The notes beneath the pieces were generated by a model. It was not told the DNA's origin, made no database searches, and saw only the letters and a list, made by a program, of their open reading frames with translations. This document shows positions 38,597 to 51,609 of a DNA stretch of 64,000 nt, piece after piece. The translations under genes and the position numbers were made by a program. Where the stretch lies: the NCBI GenBank assembly GCA_977017575.1, contig CDRNVI010000148.1:248001-312000 (forward strand), given 5' to 3'. How positions within the stretch are numbered: position 1 is the first letter of the stretch; each line of letters begins with the position of its first letter. The DNA comes from Paramoeba atlantica (taxonomy: Eukaryota > Protista > Discosea).

Positions 38597-40242
38597 ATGG
38601 CAGACAAAAAAACTGGAAGAGGAAAACAAAAAGCAAAAACAACGACAACATTGTGTAAAAACTTAAAGTTTTGTCTGTGTGGGAAAACTAGTTTATGCAA
38701 ATCGCAAGAAAGCGAGAAAATGTGAAAAGGCGCGAGAAGAACGCGTCGCGGGCTGATGGCCCATCAAATGGGCCAAAAGATCGGAGGGCCGATAATTTCC
38801 GTTATTCACAATTGGCTCCTTCTGCAACACGGAATTTTCCTGCAACCTTCTACATCCGTGGAAAACTTTTCAACGAAAAAAAACCAGATGAAATTATTCT
38901 TTTTCTGGCAACCGAGGGATCTAATCCAAAACTTCTCCGTGCGAAGGCCACTGGAAAAACGATAGCGTTGCTCCGGGAAATGAAAGAATCTGATGCGATC
39001 AAAGTTCTTCAAGGAACATTCTGCAAAGATAATGTATTGAATCTCCTCGAAGTTGCAAAAGAGAAAGTTTGATCAATTTTCCGTTCCAATCGGCGAGCCA
39101 AACAACTGGAATTCCCTCGAAACGCAAACGGTTTCTTTTGAATCGATTGATTTTTCGAAATACACGGATAAATCCCAGCATCATGGTCCCCTCAAAAACC
39201 CCTTGAAGTTACTCTTTCTTGGAGCGACCGATTCTCTTTCTTCCATTGAGAAACCTGATATCGTCTGGAAAAAGGCACGGTTTTTAGATGTCAAGAATCT
39301 TGATAGTGATGGAGATGGAATCAATCAAGAAATTCGAGTAACTGTATTCAATCTCCAGTTGCTTCAAGGACTTACACCTGGGATGGTGTCGTATTTCGAA
39401 CGCGTGACTCCGACTGTCTATCAAAAATATCATCAGTTGAAATTCACAAATCTGACAAAATGCCGTTCGATTGAATCGAAGGAGACAAACATCTGGAGTG
39501 GTCTTAAAGCTCTGACTTTGGATGATATTGTGAAGAATGACTTTCCTGTCTCTGTTCGAGTTAATGTCATTGGAGTAATGATTCAGAAGATGATTGCCCA
39601 GACTCAGGTGACGATCGGGTCATACACAACCCAGAACGCGACCCGATCGTGATAAAAAGAGGAGAAATGCAGTGCCTCATGATAGACACCAATCCATGCG
39701 GAGTTCTGTTGATAAACGTGAATTTTTATCCGTGGCAAGGGCTCCCCTCATTATGGTTTGATGAATTCTCCTTTGCTTCTTTTGATGATTCTCGAGCGGT
39801 TTTGATGGCTGACTGGTTCCATGAAAACCCAAATACCCCATTCCATTTCAAAGTGAAGAAAGTTGTGGAAACTTTTGAAGAACTGCAGGGGTTGACAAGC
39901 GAGCATGTTGAGTTCAAGGCTCGTCTTATGAAAGTTACCTTACTCTCAAAGTCAATTACTTGTGAGGATGGATCATGTCAGAGTCAGGTTATTGGCACAT
40001 TTGAGGATGAGTCGGCCAAAAATTCGTTTGATGCGATTATTCCCAGCTTTGTACTCGATTTTCTCCCTGGTTTTAAAAGTTGCATCGAATCCGAGACCAC
40101 CACCACAAATAGGGGGCTTAGCAGCCTTGATACAGAGAGTGGTAAATATATTTCCAACATCAAAGCCTTCCAAACCATAAAACTCTTCCCAAACACCATC
40201 CACGTGGAAGCAGAAATCCACAATTTGGAATTCTCATACTAA
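38597..40242 (+). pseudogene. RPA1-like multi-OB-fold ssDNA-binding protein reading frame, frameshifted
   Basis: ORFs 38695-39072, 39053-39652 and 39649-40242 join into OB-like units: FYIRGKLF..LRAKATG..; IRVTVF..LTPGMVSYF..YQKYHQLKFTNLT; TLDDIV..VNVIGV; and a DBD-C-like KARLMKV..CEDGSC..GTFEDES..LDFLPG. Confidence 0.55.
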
Positions 40243-40290
40243 CAAATCGAAAATTTAATTATTGAATAAAAATAATTAAAAATAAAAGAA
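40088..40290 (+). repeat. Near-identical copy of 48155-48355 (exon plus intron end of the 47.2-51.0 kb gene)
   Basis: AATCCGAGACCACCACC...TTAAAAATAA is identical apart from a 2-nt indel (CACGTGGAAGC vs CACGTAAGC). Confidence 0.95.
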
Positions 40291-40360
40291 TACACGGAGT
40301 ACAAAAAAAAGGAGCCATCAAACAAGAACATCCAAGGGTCATACAATAAGTACAAGTAAG

Positions 40361-40425
40361 AGAGGAAAGAACCTTTGATGACGAGGTTTGAAAGATAAAA
40401 GCATTTTCAGGAGTTCCAAATCCAT
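40361..40425 (+). repeat. Right ~65-bp direct repeat
   Basis: Matches 38504-38569. Confidence 0.95.
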
Positions 40426-40746
40426 TCTTGTCGAAAGGAAAATTTGCTTGAGAAAAAAGCAAAAAAAAGGAGAGATGAGAAGAGAAGAGAAGGGGAAAGA
40501 GAAGGGGAGGAGGGAGAGATAGAGGGAAAGAGAGAAAGGTGGGAGGTAGAAAAAGAAAAGGGAGAGAGAACAAACTTTTCTTTTGTTTGGGGCAACTTTG
40601 GGGCAAAAAACCGTTCGGAGGTGCAAATGAAGAATAGAGTAATATCTGTTGTAAACGAAAACAAAGAGGTGCAAACGTTGTAGGTGGACACGAACCAACC
40701 AAGATGTTGTATTGTTTGTGTTTGTGTGGCTGTATTGTTCACGGAT

Positions 40747-43700
40747 TCATTTGTTTTCCCCTTCATTTTTTGTTGAGTGAACGGAGTATTGCTCTGTCGT
40801 ATACTGGGAAGTTTCACCCAACCCCGATTGGAAAAATGCTGAGTAGTTGAATTGGAGTTGTAAGAAGAAGAGAAGGAAGACTTCAGTGACCATCAAAGTA
40901 ATAAACATATAAACCGAAGATACAAATTCAATTGCCAAAATAAGAATAAATAGAAGACATCGAATGAAGAAAGAAAGAACAATTACACCCCCAATCACCA
41001 TCACAAACCGTTTTGGTCGGCTCACTCTCTTTGACAATTTGATTAAAGTGTACGAATAAAAACAAAAGATAGCTCCCAAAACAAACGTCACAGAAATGAT
41101 CAACGATTGATAAATAATGGACAATGTTCGTGTGCTTTCTTCTTGTTTGTCATAAGAAGGCGCAACTCGTCCAGGGCAAGGTGATTCTCCTTCTTCTTCT
41201 TTCAAGATCACTTCAGAGTAAACAATCGTCACAATTACCCAAAGAGACCACACAAAGATTAATCCCCAAATGACTACTCCTTCTAATTTGCCAGAATCAC
41301 GCATAAATGTCTTTTGAGATGCAACCTTTTGCCAAAAAAAGATGGATGTAATCACCACACTGAATAACAAAAAAGTTGGAATCTCAAAAACAATAAACTC
41401 AGCAAGTTCATTTCCATCAAAAACCTCATTTGGATATCCAAACATGAAAACAACTCGAAACACACACAAAATAATCAACAAAAACGAGATGATTCCCAAC
41501 ATTTGTGAACTGTTACGATGTTGAAGGAAGTAAACGAAATAGATCAACAACAGAGCAAAACAAATACAATAACAAACTCCCAATGTGTACATCAAAGCAC
41601 GTGTCTCTCGAGAAGTATACCCTTCTTCCCTCTCTTCATAATCTTCAAATCGGGAAATTGGATACAAACGAATTGTATTTTCAATCACTTCAGGAACATC
41701 TTCAACAACAATCGTACCACACCAAAACTGAGAACCAAAAACAAAAGATGTGTTAAGATCTGATATCCCAAGAGGATAAATTGTTCCCACAGCTTTCTTT
41801 GAGTATCCAATATCTGGTACTGGGTATTTTAAAATCTCTGTTGTTAAATGTTTTTTGTCACTCACCAAAAGACAAACCAAAAAAGATTTCACATTCACCA
41901 AATTTCGAAAGGAAATAACACTCCCATCTCCACGAAGAACACCAACTGTTGCAGATTTTTGATTCAACACAATCCCAAGTTGAAGTTTCTTTTCAAATTC
42001 AAATGAAATACTTGGGCGAGGTGGAGGAACAACAAACCAAGCTTCAGAGACAATTGATAAATTCAATAAAGTACATCCTTCACTAATACTATCCAATGCA
42101 AAAGAAACTCTTGAAGATGGTCCTTTCACAAAAGATGTTTCACCCACACAAACACGTTTCACTCCAACTAATTCTTCCACCTCCTGATTTCCAACTTTTT
42201 GATTGTAACATTGGGGGGGATTGTCGTTATCTCCATCATCCCCCTCAACAACTGTCTCATTTGAATTGGAGAAACAATCACAGACTAACGAATTCAATGA
42301 AGAGGAAACATAATTATTTTCGCAAATCACTTCAGATTTCACCGCAAAAGAAAATCGTTGTTCTTCTGTTGCTTCCAACCATTTTTGCAAAAGTTCAAAA
42401 GAGAGAGAAGGAGTCCATTGATATTTAACAACAGGTTGAATTTCTCTCCAATGAAGTGTTCGTGAAACACCATGACTCCAAACACCTTGAAACCATTCCC
42501 ATGGATACTCATTGATTCCACCACGACAATCACAATCTTCATCATCAAGCCAAAGTAATTGATGTTGAATTAATGGTAGTTGACATCCATATCGACCATG
42601 ATTTTTGTTTCTGCATTCTGTTTCGCTCATTGCTGGAGTTAACCACGTTCGCCACGTTCCTGTGACTGGATCTGAAATACAACTCTCAGGAGATTGAACA
42701 TAAGCCTCTCGACATCCACTCACAAGGCGATCTGTTGCATCTGGACAAAAAGTATATCTGAGTGTTGATACATAAATTCCAGATGTGAAACAAGCTCCAA
42801 ACTGAACATCAATTTGATGGTCAGCATCAGATCGAATAATTGTTGTTGAAGGTCGGTCAGTACAGTACCCAGAGTTTTCACACTCTTCTTGTGATTCACA
42901 TTGATGCCATAAATCCACAAAACACTTCAAATATCGTTGGAATGTGGTTTTCCCATTACATGATGTTGTTTCCACAGATTCACATGTTTCCCAATTTGTG
43001 GAAGCATCAATCAATAAAGACAACTGCAAATTTTGTGGAGTGTTTTGTTTTAGAATATGTGGAAAACACACAAAAAGAGAGGAAAAGAGAAAAAAAAAGA
43101 GAGAGGAAAAGAATGGGCAATAAAAAGAGAAAAAGAACCTCAATACAACTCTCCAAAGTATTAGCATTTACAACACAAATCGAATCTTCATACCAAACAG
43201 CTCCAACATCAGAAATCCTGTTGAAACCTTCACAAAGACTTCCAGAATCAACAGTCACCAAACAAACACCACGAAGTCCATCCAAAGACCGACAACTTTC
43301 TCCAGGACAATCAGTTGAGCAATGCCCAGTTTGTGCATAGCAATTTTCTGCAGATAATCCAAAAATAATATCGTCATCTCCCAACTCACAAGCAACTGTA
43401 TTCTCACAAAAATCTTGATCACCAGGAACATAGATACATTCTTCATCTTCTCCTCCAGGACAATAAACACAATAATTCCCTTCTTTACATTTATCATCAG
43501 CATCATTACCACCACTCTCACTCTCAGGAAGTCCAGTCACTGGACAAACAATTGAAGATGAGGAACACTCAACTTCAGATGATGCATGAAACACATAAAG
43601 AGGAAGACATCGCGTGTAACATTGTGCTCCACTCTGTTTACAAGAAGTTCCAAGACAATAACCAGGAGGACAAATCTCATTCACACTTTCAATATCATCA

Positions 43701-46700
43701 ACAGGAAGACCAAGAACCTCTGCTTTGCAAGTTAAAGATTCTGAAGTAGTCCAAACATAACGAGATCGTAAAAAGATATCTAATGGTTCATTGGTTGCAA
43801 CACAATCATCCACCAAAGCAGCAGATTTTAATCCAAGAAAGAATATTTCAGAATCACGAGACGCAAAGGAAGCTTCTTCAGGTAGAATATTCCATCGTAA
43901 ATAGTCTTCCAGTGAAGGACTCATTTTCGAGATGTAACATCGAAGGAATCCATCTTCAACCTCTGATGTTGTTCCTAACACACATTTTTTGGTTTGGTGA
44001 TTGCACTTTCCAGACCATTGTTCGCATTGAAAATCAGCCACACAATCAATTCCCTTGAAATTGTCTGTTTGTTATGTTGTTTAGAGAAAAAGAAAAGATA
44101 AAAAAAAGGAGGGAGGGGAGGGGGAGAGGGGGAGAGGGGGTGGTGAGAAGACTCTATCAATTTTCTTTTTTTCGAATTCACAAAAACAAAAACAAAATAT
44201 TGGAGAAAGAAAAGGAGAAAGAAAAGGAGAAAGAAAAGGAGAAAGAAAAATAGAACCTCGAAGGCCTGCTTGATTCAGACAATCACGCACAACACGATTC
44301 AGTTCTTTATCAAGAACATGTCCCAACTCATTTTGAAAATTCTGTGATAAAAAAATAAAGTGTCAATCTCTCTCAACAATAAAAAGCACTGAATAAAAAT
44401 CTCAAAAAGAAGAAAAGGAAAGACCTTAATACCAGAGGAACACCCTTGAACAAGATCTTTCACATGATTCAAAGAATGTGCCAAATCTTCAAAATAGGTA
44501 TTGGCACATTCAGATACCCCACAAGTTGAAGAATTTGCTGTTGTAAACTGTTCTTGATTTTGTGCGATTGTGAAAGGAATACAACAATCAATTGCCTCCG
44601 CTGTAACAGCACAACAAGGACTCTTCTCATACTCTTCTGTTCCAAGTTCATATTGACAGAAACTTTGATCAACTAAAGTTACATTCTCAACTTGGGTATT
44701 CATCGCTTCAATTGCAGCTTCTTTACAAGAAGAACTCGCAATCCCAGCACCTAATATGTCTACCACATACTTTGTTTTTTTTGGGGGGGGAGGGAGGGAG
44801 AAGGAGGGAGGGTGGAGGGAGGGAGGGTGGGGGTGTGGGGGGAGAGGAAAGAGAGAAGATTGAAAGATCAGTAAAAGAAATTAACAAAAAAACAATAAAA
44901 CAAAAATACAAAAAAACAAAAACAAAAAAACAAAAACAAAAAAACAAAAACAAAGAAACAACAAACTTTGTAAAATTGAATTGTCTCTAATGAATCTGAG
45001 TCGAGGACTTCAGATAGCTCATCATTCACAATAATTTGGAGTCTCTCATACCTTGTTTGATCACACAATTCCGAAAGATTGATTTGAGTGAATGAAGATA
45101 GAGGGATTGTTGCCAAGTATTGACTGGGAGAAGCTGGAGTCTTCTCATTGAGATCAAATGCATTATTAGGAAGCTCTGGAACCTCCCCAAGCTCATTGGT
45201 GATCGAGAGAAGTGCAAGAGAAACTTGTTCTAATTGATTACGAGGAAAGACCACAGAAGAATCAATTGCGAGAAGAATCACTGCAGTCAATGTGTTTTTG
45301 AGAGGTTGAGCGCCAATCGCATTGTAATATTGTTCATACACATTAATCCCTTCAGTACCAAACTTGGGTAACTGTGGAGAAGGAGGCCAGAAGATTAAAG
45401 GATCAGAAGTTGAAGGTACCATCCAAGCTCGACAAACAGCTGGGAAGAAATCTCCACAATTCATCCCTGGAATTCCAAAGAGAGCAGGAGACATTGCAGA
45501 CAAAGCTTCTTGGTAACTAAAACTCGCTGAAGGAGTGTTTGCACTTGGAGGAGCTAATGGAATTAAAAGAGGAATCGAAACTGTTGAAAAAATAACATGT
45601 GTTCGTGCTGGATTCCAGAAAGTTATCCCACATCGAACATATGAAACAACATCAGAACACATTGAGAATGAAACTCGATTCTCTCCTCGACTATATCGCG
45701 AGATTAGAGAATTACTCAAGAATGTGATCTGATTGGTATCTTTGGGCATGCAATGAATGTCTACAAAGGGACCTTTCTCTTCTAAAGTCCCAGAAAACGA
45801 AACTTGGTGGCATCCTGCAAGTACAAAAAGAGATCTATCAATATAATGCAAAAGATTTTGAGAAAGAAAGAAATCAGGTAATTAAATTACCTGGTGGAAT
45901 TGGTAAAACAAATCCAGCAACTGAAGAAAAAGATCTGCCAAAATCTAATGTGAGGGTTTCTGTATCTTGGAGACAAAAAGTTGGTTGATTAGTTCCTGCT
46001 TGCGCTCCAATTATCTCACTTTCAGGAACATCTTTACAAAGAATTCTTCCAGGAGGAGGAATCAATGGATATTCTTGAGGAGAAACTTCGATTTTGACAT
46101 CAAAAGACGAACTAAAAAAAGAATAAACTGCAAGAGAATACGTTCCTAATTGATAGTCAATGTGAGCATTTGGACAAACAACTAGGAGGTTATTTAATGC
46201 CCACCCAAGCCCCAGTGGAATGTCACCTCTTCTCCATTGTGTCTTTTCTGCAGTTGGAACAGCGTACAAATTCGAGAGATAGACCAGAGGCACGCCATAG
46301 AGTGGACGTAGAGAAAGTTTAAATGGTTTGCAAGCGTATTCTTCTGAAACAAAAAACCGGAAGTAAACAGTTTCATCAGGTTCAAGAGTGAAGACTTTTG
46401 ATCGTTCGTTAAGATTTAAAGTGTGATAAGGAGGAATAGAATCAGGTTCACACCATTCATTGACTTGATCCCAAGAATCATGATCACCTTTTTGAGCTGG
46501 ACCACAGCACTGAACATCTTCACAATCTGTTGGCTTTGGAAGGTGGGGTGGGGGTGGGGATGGGGATGGGGGTGGGGGTTTAATGTCAGTTATGTATTCT
46601 CACAAGACGAAAAACAAAAAGTAAAGAACAGAAAAAACCTGTTGTGATGACCAATCACAAGGGACACAATTTGTTTCTGGACAATCCTTCTCAGATAACC

Positions 46701-46902
46701 CACAAATAAAAGATTCTCCTCTCAGATAAAGCTCTTGATCAAATTCCATTTGAACCACAGCTGCTTCATACTCGATATTTAAAACAGTTTGATTGATAAA
46801 CCAAAGTTTTTCATCAACAAGACGAGGGCGAATTGCAAAGACTTCAACAAACACAAAACCCAAAAATAACACCCAACCAAACGATTTTACAACAGCACCC
46901 AT
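40747..46902 (-). CDS. Very large Cys-rich ectodomain + THH1/TOM1/TOM3 (GPR137-like) 7-TM receptor-like protein, multi-exon
   Basis: Signal peptide MGAVVKSFGWVLFLGFVF. Large Cys-rich exons (ORFs 44868-45851, 44299-44766, 43007-44041, 40747-43167). C-terminal 7 TM with CVFRVVFM...EIPTFLLFS...FFW. Confidence 0.75.
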
Positions 46903-47244
46903 TCCCTTCACCGCTTCGCACCAAACAAACCCTCACACTTCCTCCGAAAAACTATCAGGTTTTCAACTGTCGAAAAAATCCTGAACGAGGAAGGAAGTTG
47001 TCCTTCGCACCAGCCCACCACAGAGGGGAGGAAGTGTTCACGAGAACAGAGGCGGTTTTGAGAAATGGTTTTACAACAACAGGTTGAGCGGTAAACGGAA
47101 AAACAGAAAGGGGCAAAATAACCTTTTGGTTTTCCAAACTTTACCAAATAAGGAATTTCAAGTGTTGTTCAAAGATAATCCAAACAAAAAGCTTGAAAAC
47201 CCGCGAGTGGTTTTCTCAAGCTTCTTTCCTCCAAAGAGGCATCA

Positions 47245-50200
47245 AGGCATCAAGAAAAAGAACTTTTGTTCAGCAAAACAACTGATGGAGAAAGAAGAGA
47301 AAGCAACAAACTTAAAAATCTTGTTGGTGCTGGTGGGTCATTGGTGGGGAATGAACGGGAAATTTTCGAAATTTTATTTTAAATTTAAAAATGTTTGTTA
47401 CCAGAAAGCTGATAAATCACCCCCGATTTTAGTAAAATCAATCGACCGTTCTCCCACAAACTCCCGGAAAGGAATTGAGACAGTCAGTTTGAAGGAAGGA
47501 ACATCTCCCTCGATAAAATCAAAGAGAGAAAAATCTCCAAAGGTTAAGGATGGTTTTATTTGACCTGAAAAGTTAAACACTTTAGTAACAACCAAAAAAG
47601 AATGGTGAAAAAAAAGCAAGAACCAGTGAAGAAGTTCAATGTGCCGCAAATGAGATCCAGTTCCTTCGGGCAGATAGTAGGATCATTAAATAGGACGTCA
47701 GCCAAAGTAGAGTTCAAAGATGTGGAATCCACTTCAATGTCATAAATTCTAACATCCTTCATAGTGACTCCAAGTACTTCTCTATCCAAGATTTCAATTC
47801 GTCCATGAGCTTTAACATTCTGGAAGAGCCTCAAAGTTCCATCAAAGAGCATGCTAAAAGGATCTCCTGGAGAGTAATTGATATACAACTGTTCAAATTC
47901 GAGACTGCTGAGAATCAGATCCAAAACTTCGGGGAAATCATTATCTACAAAAAGAAGTTCATTAATATTTCAAGAACCAAGGGACAAATATTTAAAACAA
48001 GGGCAACAACAAACCTGAGTTGATTTCATAAAAGAATTCAACCAAAGAACCAAGACTCAGGTATTCAACATATGCACAGAACTCAAGGGATTCTGGATCA
48101 CCAAATTCAATTTCACTCAAAAATTTAATTCGGATGTCACCAAGTCTTGCATAAAATCCGAGACCACCACCACAAATAGGGGGCTTAGCAGCCTTGATAC
48201 AGAGAGTGGTAAATATATTTCCAACATCAAAGCCTTCCAAACCATAAAACTCTTCCCAAACACCATCCACGTAAGCAGAAATCCACAATTTGGAATTCTC
48301 ATACTAACAAATCGAAAATTTAATTATTGAATAAAAATAATTAAAAATAATAAGAATAGTCAACCTCAGCGACCCCAACCAATCCAAACATTTCTTCTTC
48401 CCCTGGAAAAAGGACTCGCAAGTTGATGGTCCCACTAATTTTGAGGCTAAATGGATGAACAGAAAGCTCAAACGAGTCAATGGTGACTTCATCGGAGACT
48501 ACTTGAGCGATCTCAATACCTAGATCGAGCGAAACTTCGCTCAACCCTTCCAAAGCGGGGACACTCAAGAAGAGGCTGATCTCGTTCTCTGGGATTTTAC
48601 TTGCAATTTCTGCATCTGGGAGAATGTCATCAAGGGGCGAAAGCAATGACTGTGTTGAAATGGGAGAGAGAAGAGAAAGAAGTGAGCAACTTTTTCAACA
48701 AAAGCAAGAAAGAGAGAATAATCTTAAAATATTTACCGTGACAATTTCTTTTAAAGTACCAGTGCTCCGAAGAATAAGACCAGGAACCATCTGCTGTCCT
48801 TCAAGAGATTCGGGGTAAGACTCTGGCCAATGAGAGAAGACAGTATAACCATTGGCAATTGCAAGATCAAAATCAGTGAGTCCTCCAAAAGAAACGACAT
48901 CTCCTAAAGATTCAGATTGATCCTCACTGAATCCAACAGCATCACCTACAGCCTCAATCAAATCGGAAATTTTCAGATCTGCAACCACAAAGGCAAGTTC
49001 AGAGTTCTCGGCATGGAATTTCAAAGACACTTCGAAAGAAGAAGATCCAAATTCAAGAGAGGCACCCAAAGTACCAGTAAGAATCAAGAGATGCGGTTTT
49101 ACGGTCATAGCTGTATGGATGGATGTTGAAAAGTCTGCTGGGAGAAGCTATTGAAAGTTAACTTGAATGACAACTCCAAAATAAAATCTCAAAAAAAAAA
49201 AGAAAAAATAAAATAAAAATTACCTGTTTGCCATCAACTTCGAACATATTGAGGCTCTCAATCTAAAAGAAAAAATAACCCCAGTATGAGCGAAAGGTAA
49301 CAAAAAAAGGACAAAAAATAAAAACAAACCGTTCCTTCCAAATATAAAGAGTAATCATCGGTTGTATATCCCACAAAAGAACCAGAGGTCGAGGGAAGGT
49401 ATTTGTAGTTAAAATTGAAATCGAATGCGACCGCAAGATGGGGTACCTCTGTGTATAATGGTGTGTGAGTTCAAAATTTAAATTAATTTTATTTTTTAAA
49501 GGAACGAAAAAAAGTGAACCTTCTAGAGAAAGAACATCAATTGTAACTCCAGAAAAACTGAAGACCTGATCCTCATCACGAGGAGCAATTTCTTTTCTCA
49601 CATTTCTTCTTAACTCAGGTTCACAGACAGAACTGCTATTAATAGAATAGACGGAATCAAAGGGTGAGAAACCAATTGAAATTGAGTCAGAAGATAATTT
49701 CAGTCTGGATCTCTTCGAATGGAGCCATCCAGAGATTGTCAAATCATCTCCAAATTCAATAATCCCTGAATTATCATTCTTTTTAGAGAGAGCCACTTTC
49801 TTTGTTGGGCAATAACATTCGAAAAAAAAAAAGAAAGAGACCACGATAGGCAGCACGAAAAGCGGCACTCAATTTAGCAACGGAGAACTCCAAATTAACA
49901 CCTTTTACGACAGGACAATCATTCGAAGAAAAAATGGTTCGCGAAGAAACCATGAATTTCGTGACTTCTGAACTAGACACTAATCCATGAAGCCAAGAGC
50001 CTTTCAAGACAAAAATCAGATGCGAGAAAACATTTCATAGGAAGAGAAAAGAAAATAAAAAACTTTTTTTGAGAAATTTAAGTGAGCTGGGGCTCCATCC
50101 AATAGGGATATTACCAAGACTCAACACAAAGTCGGGCTCAGATCCCCCACGTTCTGTGGTTGTTCGAAAAAAGATTGTCAGATAATTCCAAAAAAAAAAA

Positions 50201-50950
50201 AGAAGAAAGATAATTATTGGAAAGAAAACTGGAAAAATGGGGGAAAATCAACCATCAAAACCAAGTAGAAATTCAATTGGCAAAACTTGTCCAAAAAGTT
50301 CGGTCTCTCCGACAATCCACACAGCGGGAGGGTGAGAACTAAAATAAAAAGAATTCAACCAAAGAAAGATATTTCAGGCTCTGTAATAGAAAGAAAAAAG
50401 ACAAACCTTGAAAAGTATCCTCCTTTCTCATAACGAGCGACATACTTTCGTAACGCACCACAATCATTGTCATGGTTATGAGTGAGTGAAGGTCGATTTA
50501 AAAGAGACGAAATTGATTGAACTCCGAGAAAATTAAAATTACCCTCAATTGAAATACAATCACTCCCAAAAGTACTCAACAAAGTTTTTGCAACAGCTGG
50601 GGCAAGCAATTGGAGGGTTTCTGATTCTCCACAAATTTTAAAATTCTTTGTATCTTCATCATCATGTCGTCGAGCAGAACGACCTTTTTTGGAGCCAGCG
50701 TTTGTTAGGAAACTGATTGAAAAGAACAAAATTAATAAGAGAACTTTCATGAATACCAAAACAATTATAAAAAAATATACTCGCTCATGATCTCGTTCAT
50801 CCTCTCTCCTTGGCTCACTTTGGATGATTCATCATCGTCATCATCATCATCCCTCGTCAAACCAACAGACAACCCAATCACCAAAGCAGAAACAACAACA
50901 AAAGCAACCAGAGCCAAAGCCAGAACAGAACTCTTCTTTTCGTCACCCAT
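47245..50950 (-). CDS. Large type II membrane protein with beta-strand-rich ectodomain, unknown function, multi-exon
   Basis: MGDEKKSSVLALALVAFVVVSALVIGLSVG (anchor) joins via a phase-2 intron to DFLTNAGSKKG. Downstream exons alternate hydrophobic and polar residues (LILTGTLGASLEFG; ISGTINLRVLF; FDGTLRLFQNVKAHGRI). The 3' end is approximate. Confidence 0.65.
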
Positions 50951-51609
50951 CTTCTCAACGCCAACAAAACAACAAACAAGAACAACAAATGTGTGTGTTT
51001 CGGAGAACGCTGTTTTTGTTCAAAACCAAAACAACAAAACGGAAAAAAGATTCGTTTTTGCGGCGTTCGGCAAGAGGCGTGACTCGGGCGGGCGGGGTTC
51101 TTTTTTTTGGGAGACTCCAAAACAGGCAACAGAATCATCCCCATTCTCAGTGTTTCGCTGAATCTCTTTCCATTGAACTTTCTTTTCTTTTTCTTTTATA
51201 TCATATTTGAACAACCCCTGATTCTCCTTTTTGAACTCGACAAACTCGCTCCACAAAAACCCATCTTTTTGTTTGCTAAAAAACTGAAGGAAAAACCTTT
51301 TTTCGTTGAGTTCCTACCGTTTGTGATCTGCAAGATTGAACGAGCCAAAAAGATTGAAGTTTTCCACAAGTTTTCTTGGAACAAATCCACCAAGGATGTT
51401 TGTCAAGATTTCATCGCACAAACCACAAAACCGCAGGAAAAAGAAAAACCTTCTTTGGCCAATTAAGGAAAAGAAGCGTTTTTTTAGGTGGGAATATTTT
51501 CATTCATTTTTATTGTGGGAGTGCGAACTATTCTGTTTTTGTTTTTTTCGTTTTCCGTTCTTTGTTGGCCCAACGCTCTCGTTTTTTGTGTTGTCTGGGA
51601 AGTTTATGA

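Larger units (their letters stand above)
38570..40360 (+). mobile_element. Candidate inserted element (RPA-like ORF + captured exon) between long direct repeats
   Basis: Bounded by the ~65-bp repeats, intronless, lacks the low-complexity style of the flanks, and contains a ~200-bp copy of 48155-48355. No transposase or helicase was seen. Confidence 0.5.

Noticed and set aside
38570-40360. Calling the insert a bona fide Helitron, LTR element or DNA transposon
   Set aside because: No RepHel, RT, integrase or transposase. No clear 5'-TC/3'-CTRR hairpin or terminal inverted repeats were found. It is kept only as a candidate insertion.
50700-50750. Signal peptide MKVLLLILFFSIS as the start of a separate gene
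   Set aside because: Better explained as an intron (GTATAT...TCAG) joining the upstream anchor exon at 50950 in frame.
51515-51523. DUSE-like TCCCACAA on the minus strand marking a hidden ncRNA gene
   Set aside because: No recognisable ncRNA lies ~60 nt downstream at this or the paralogous 62990 site. It is treated as part of the Fsl promoter motif.
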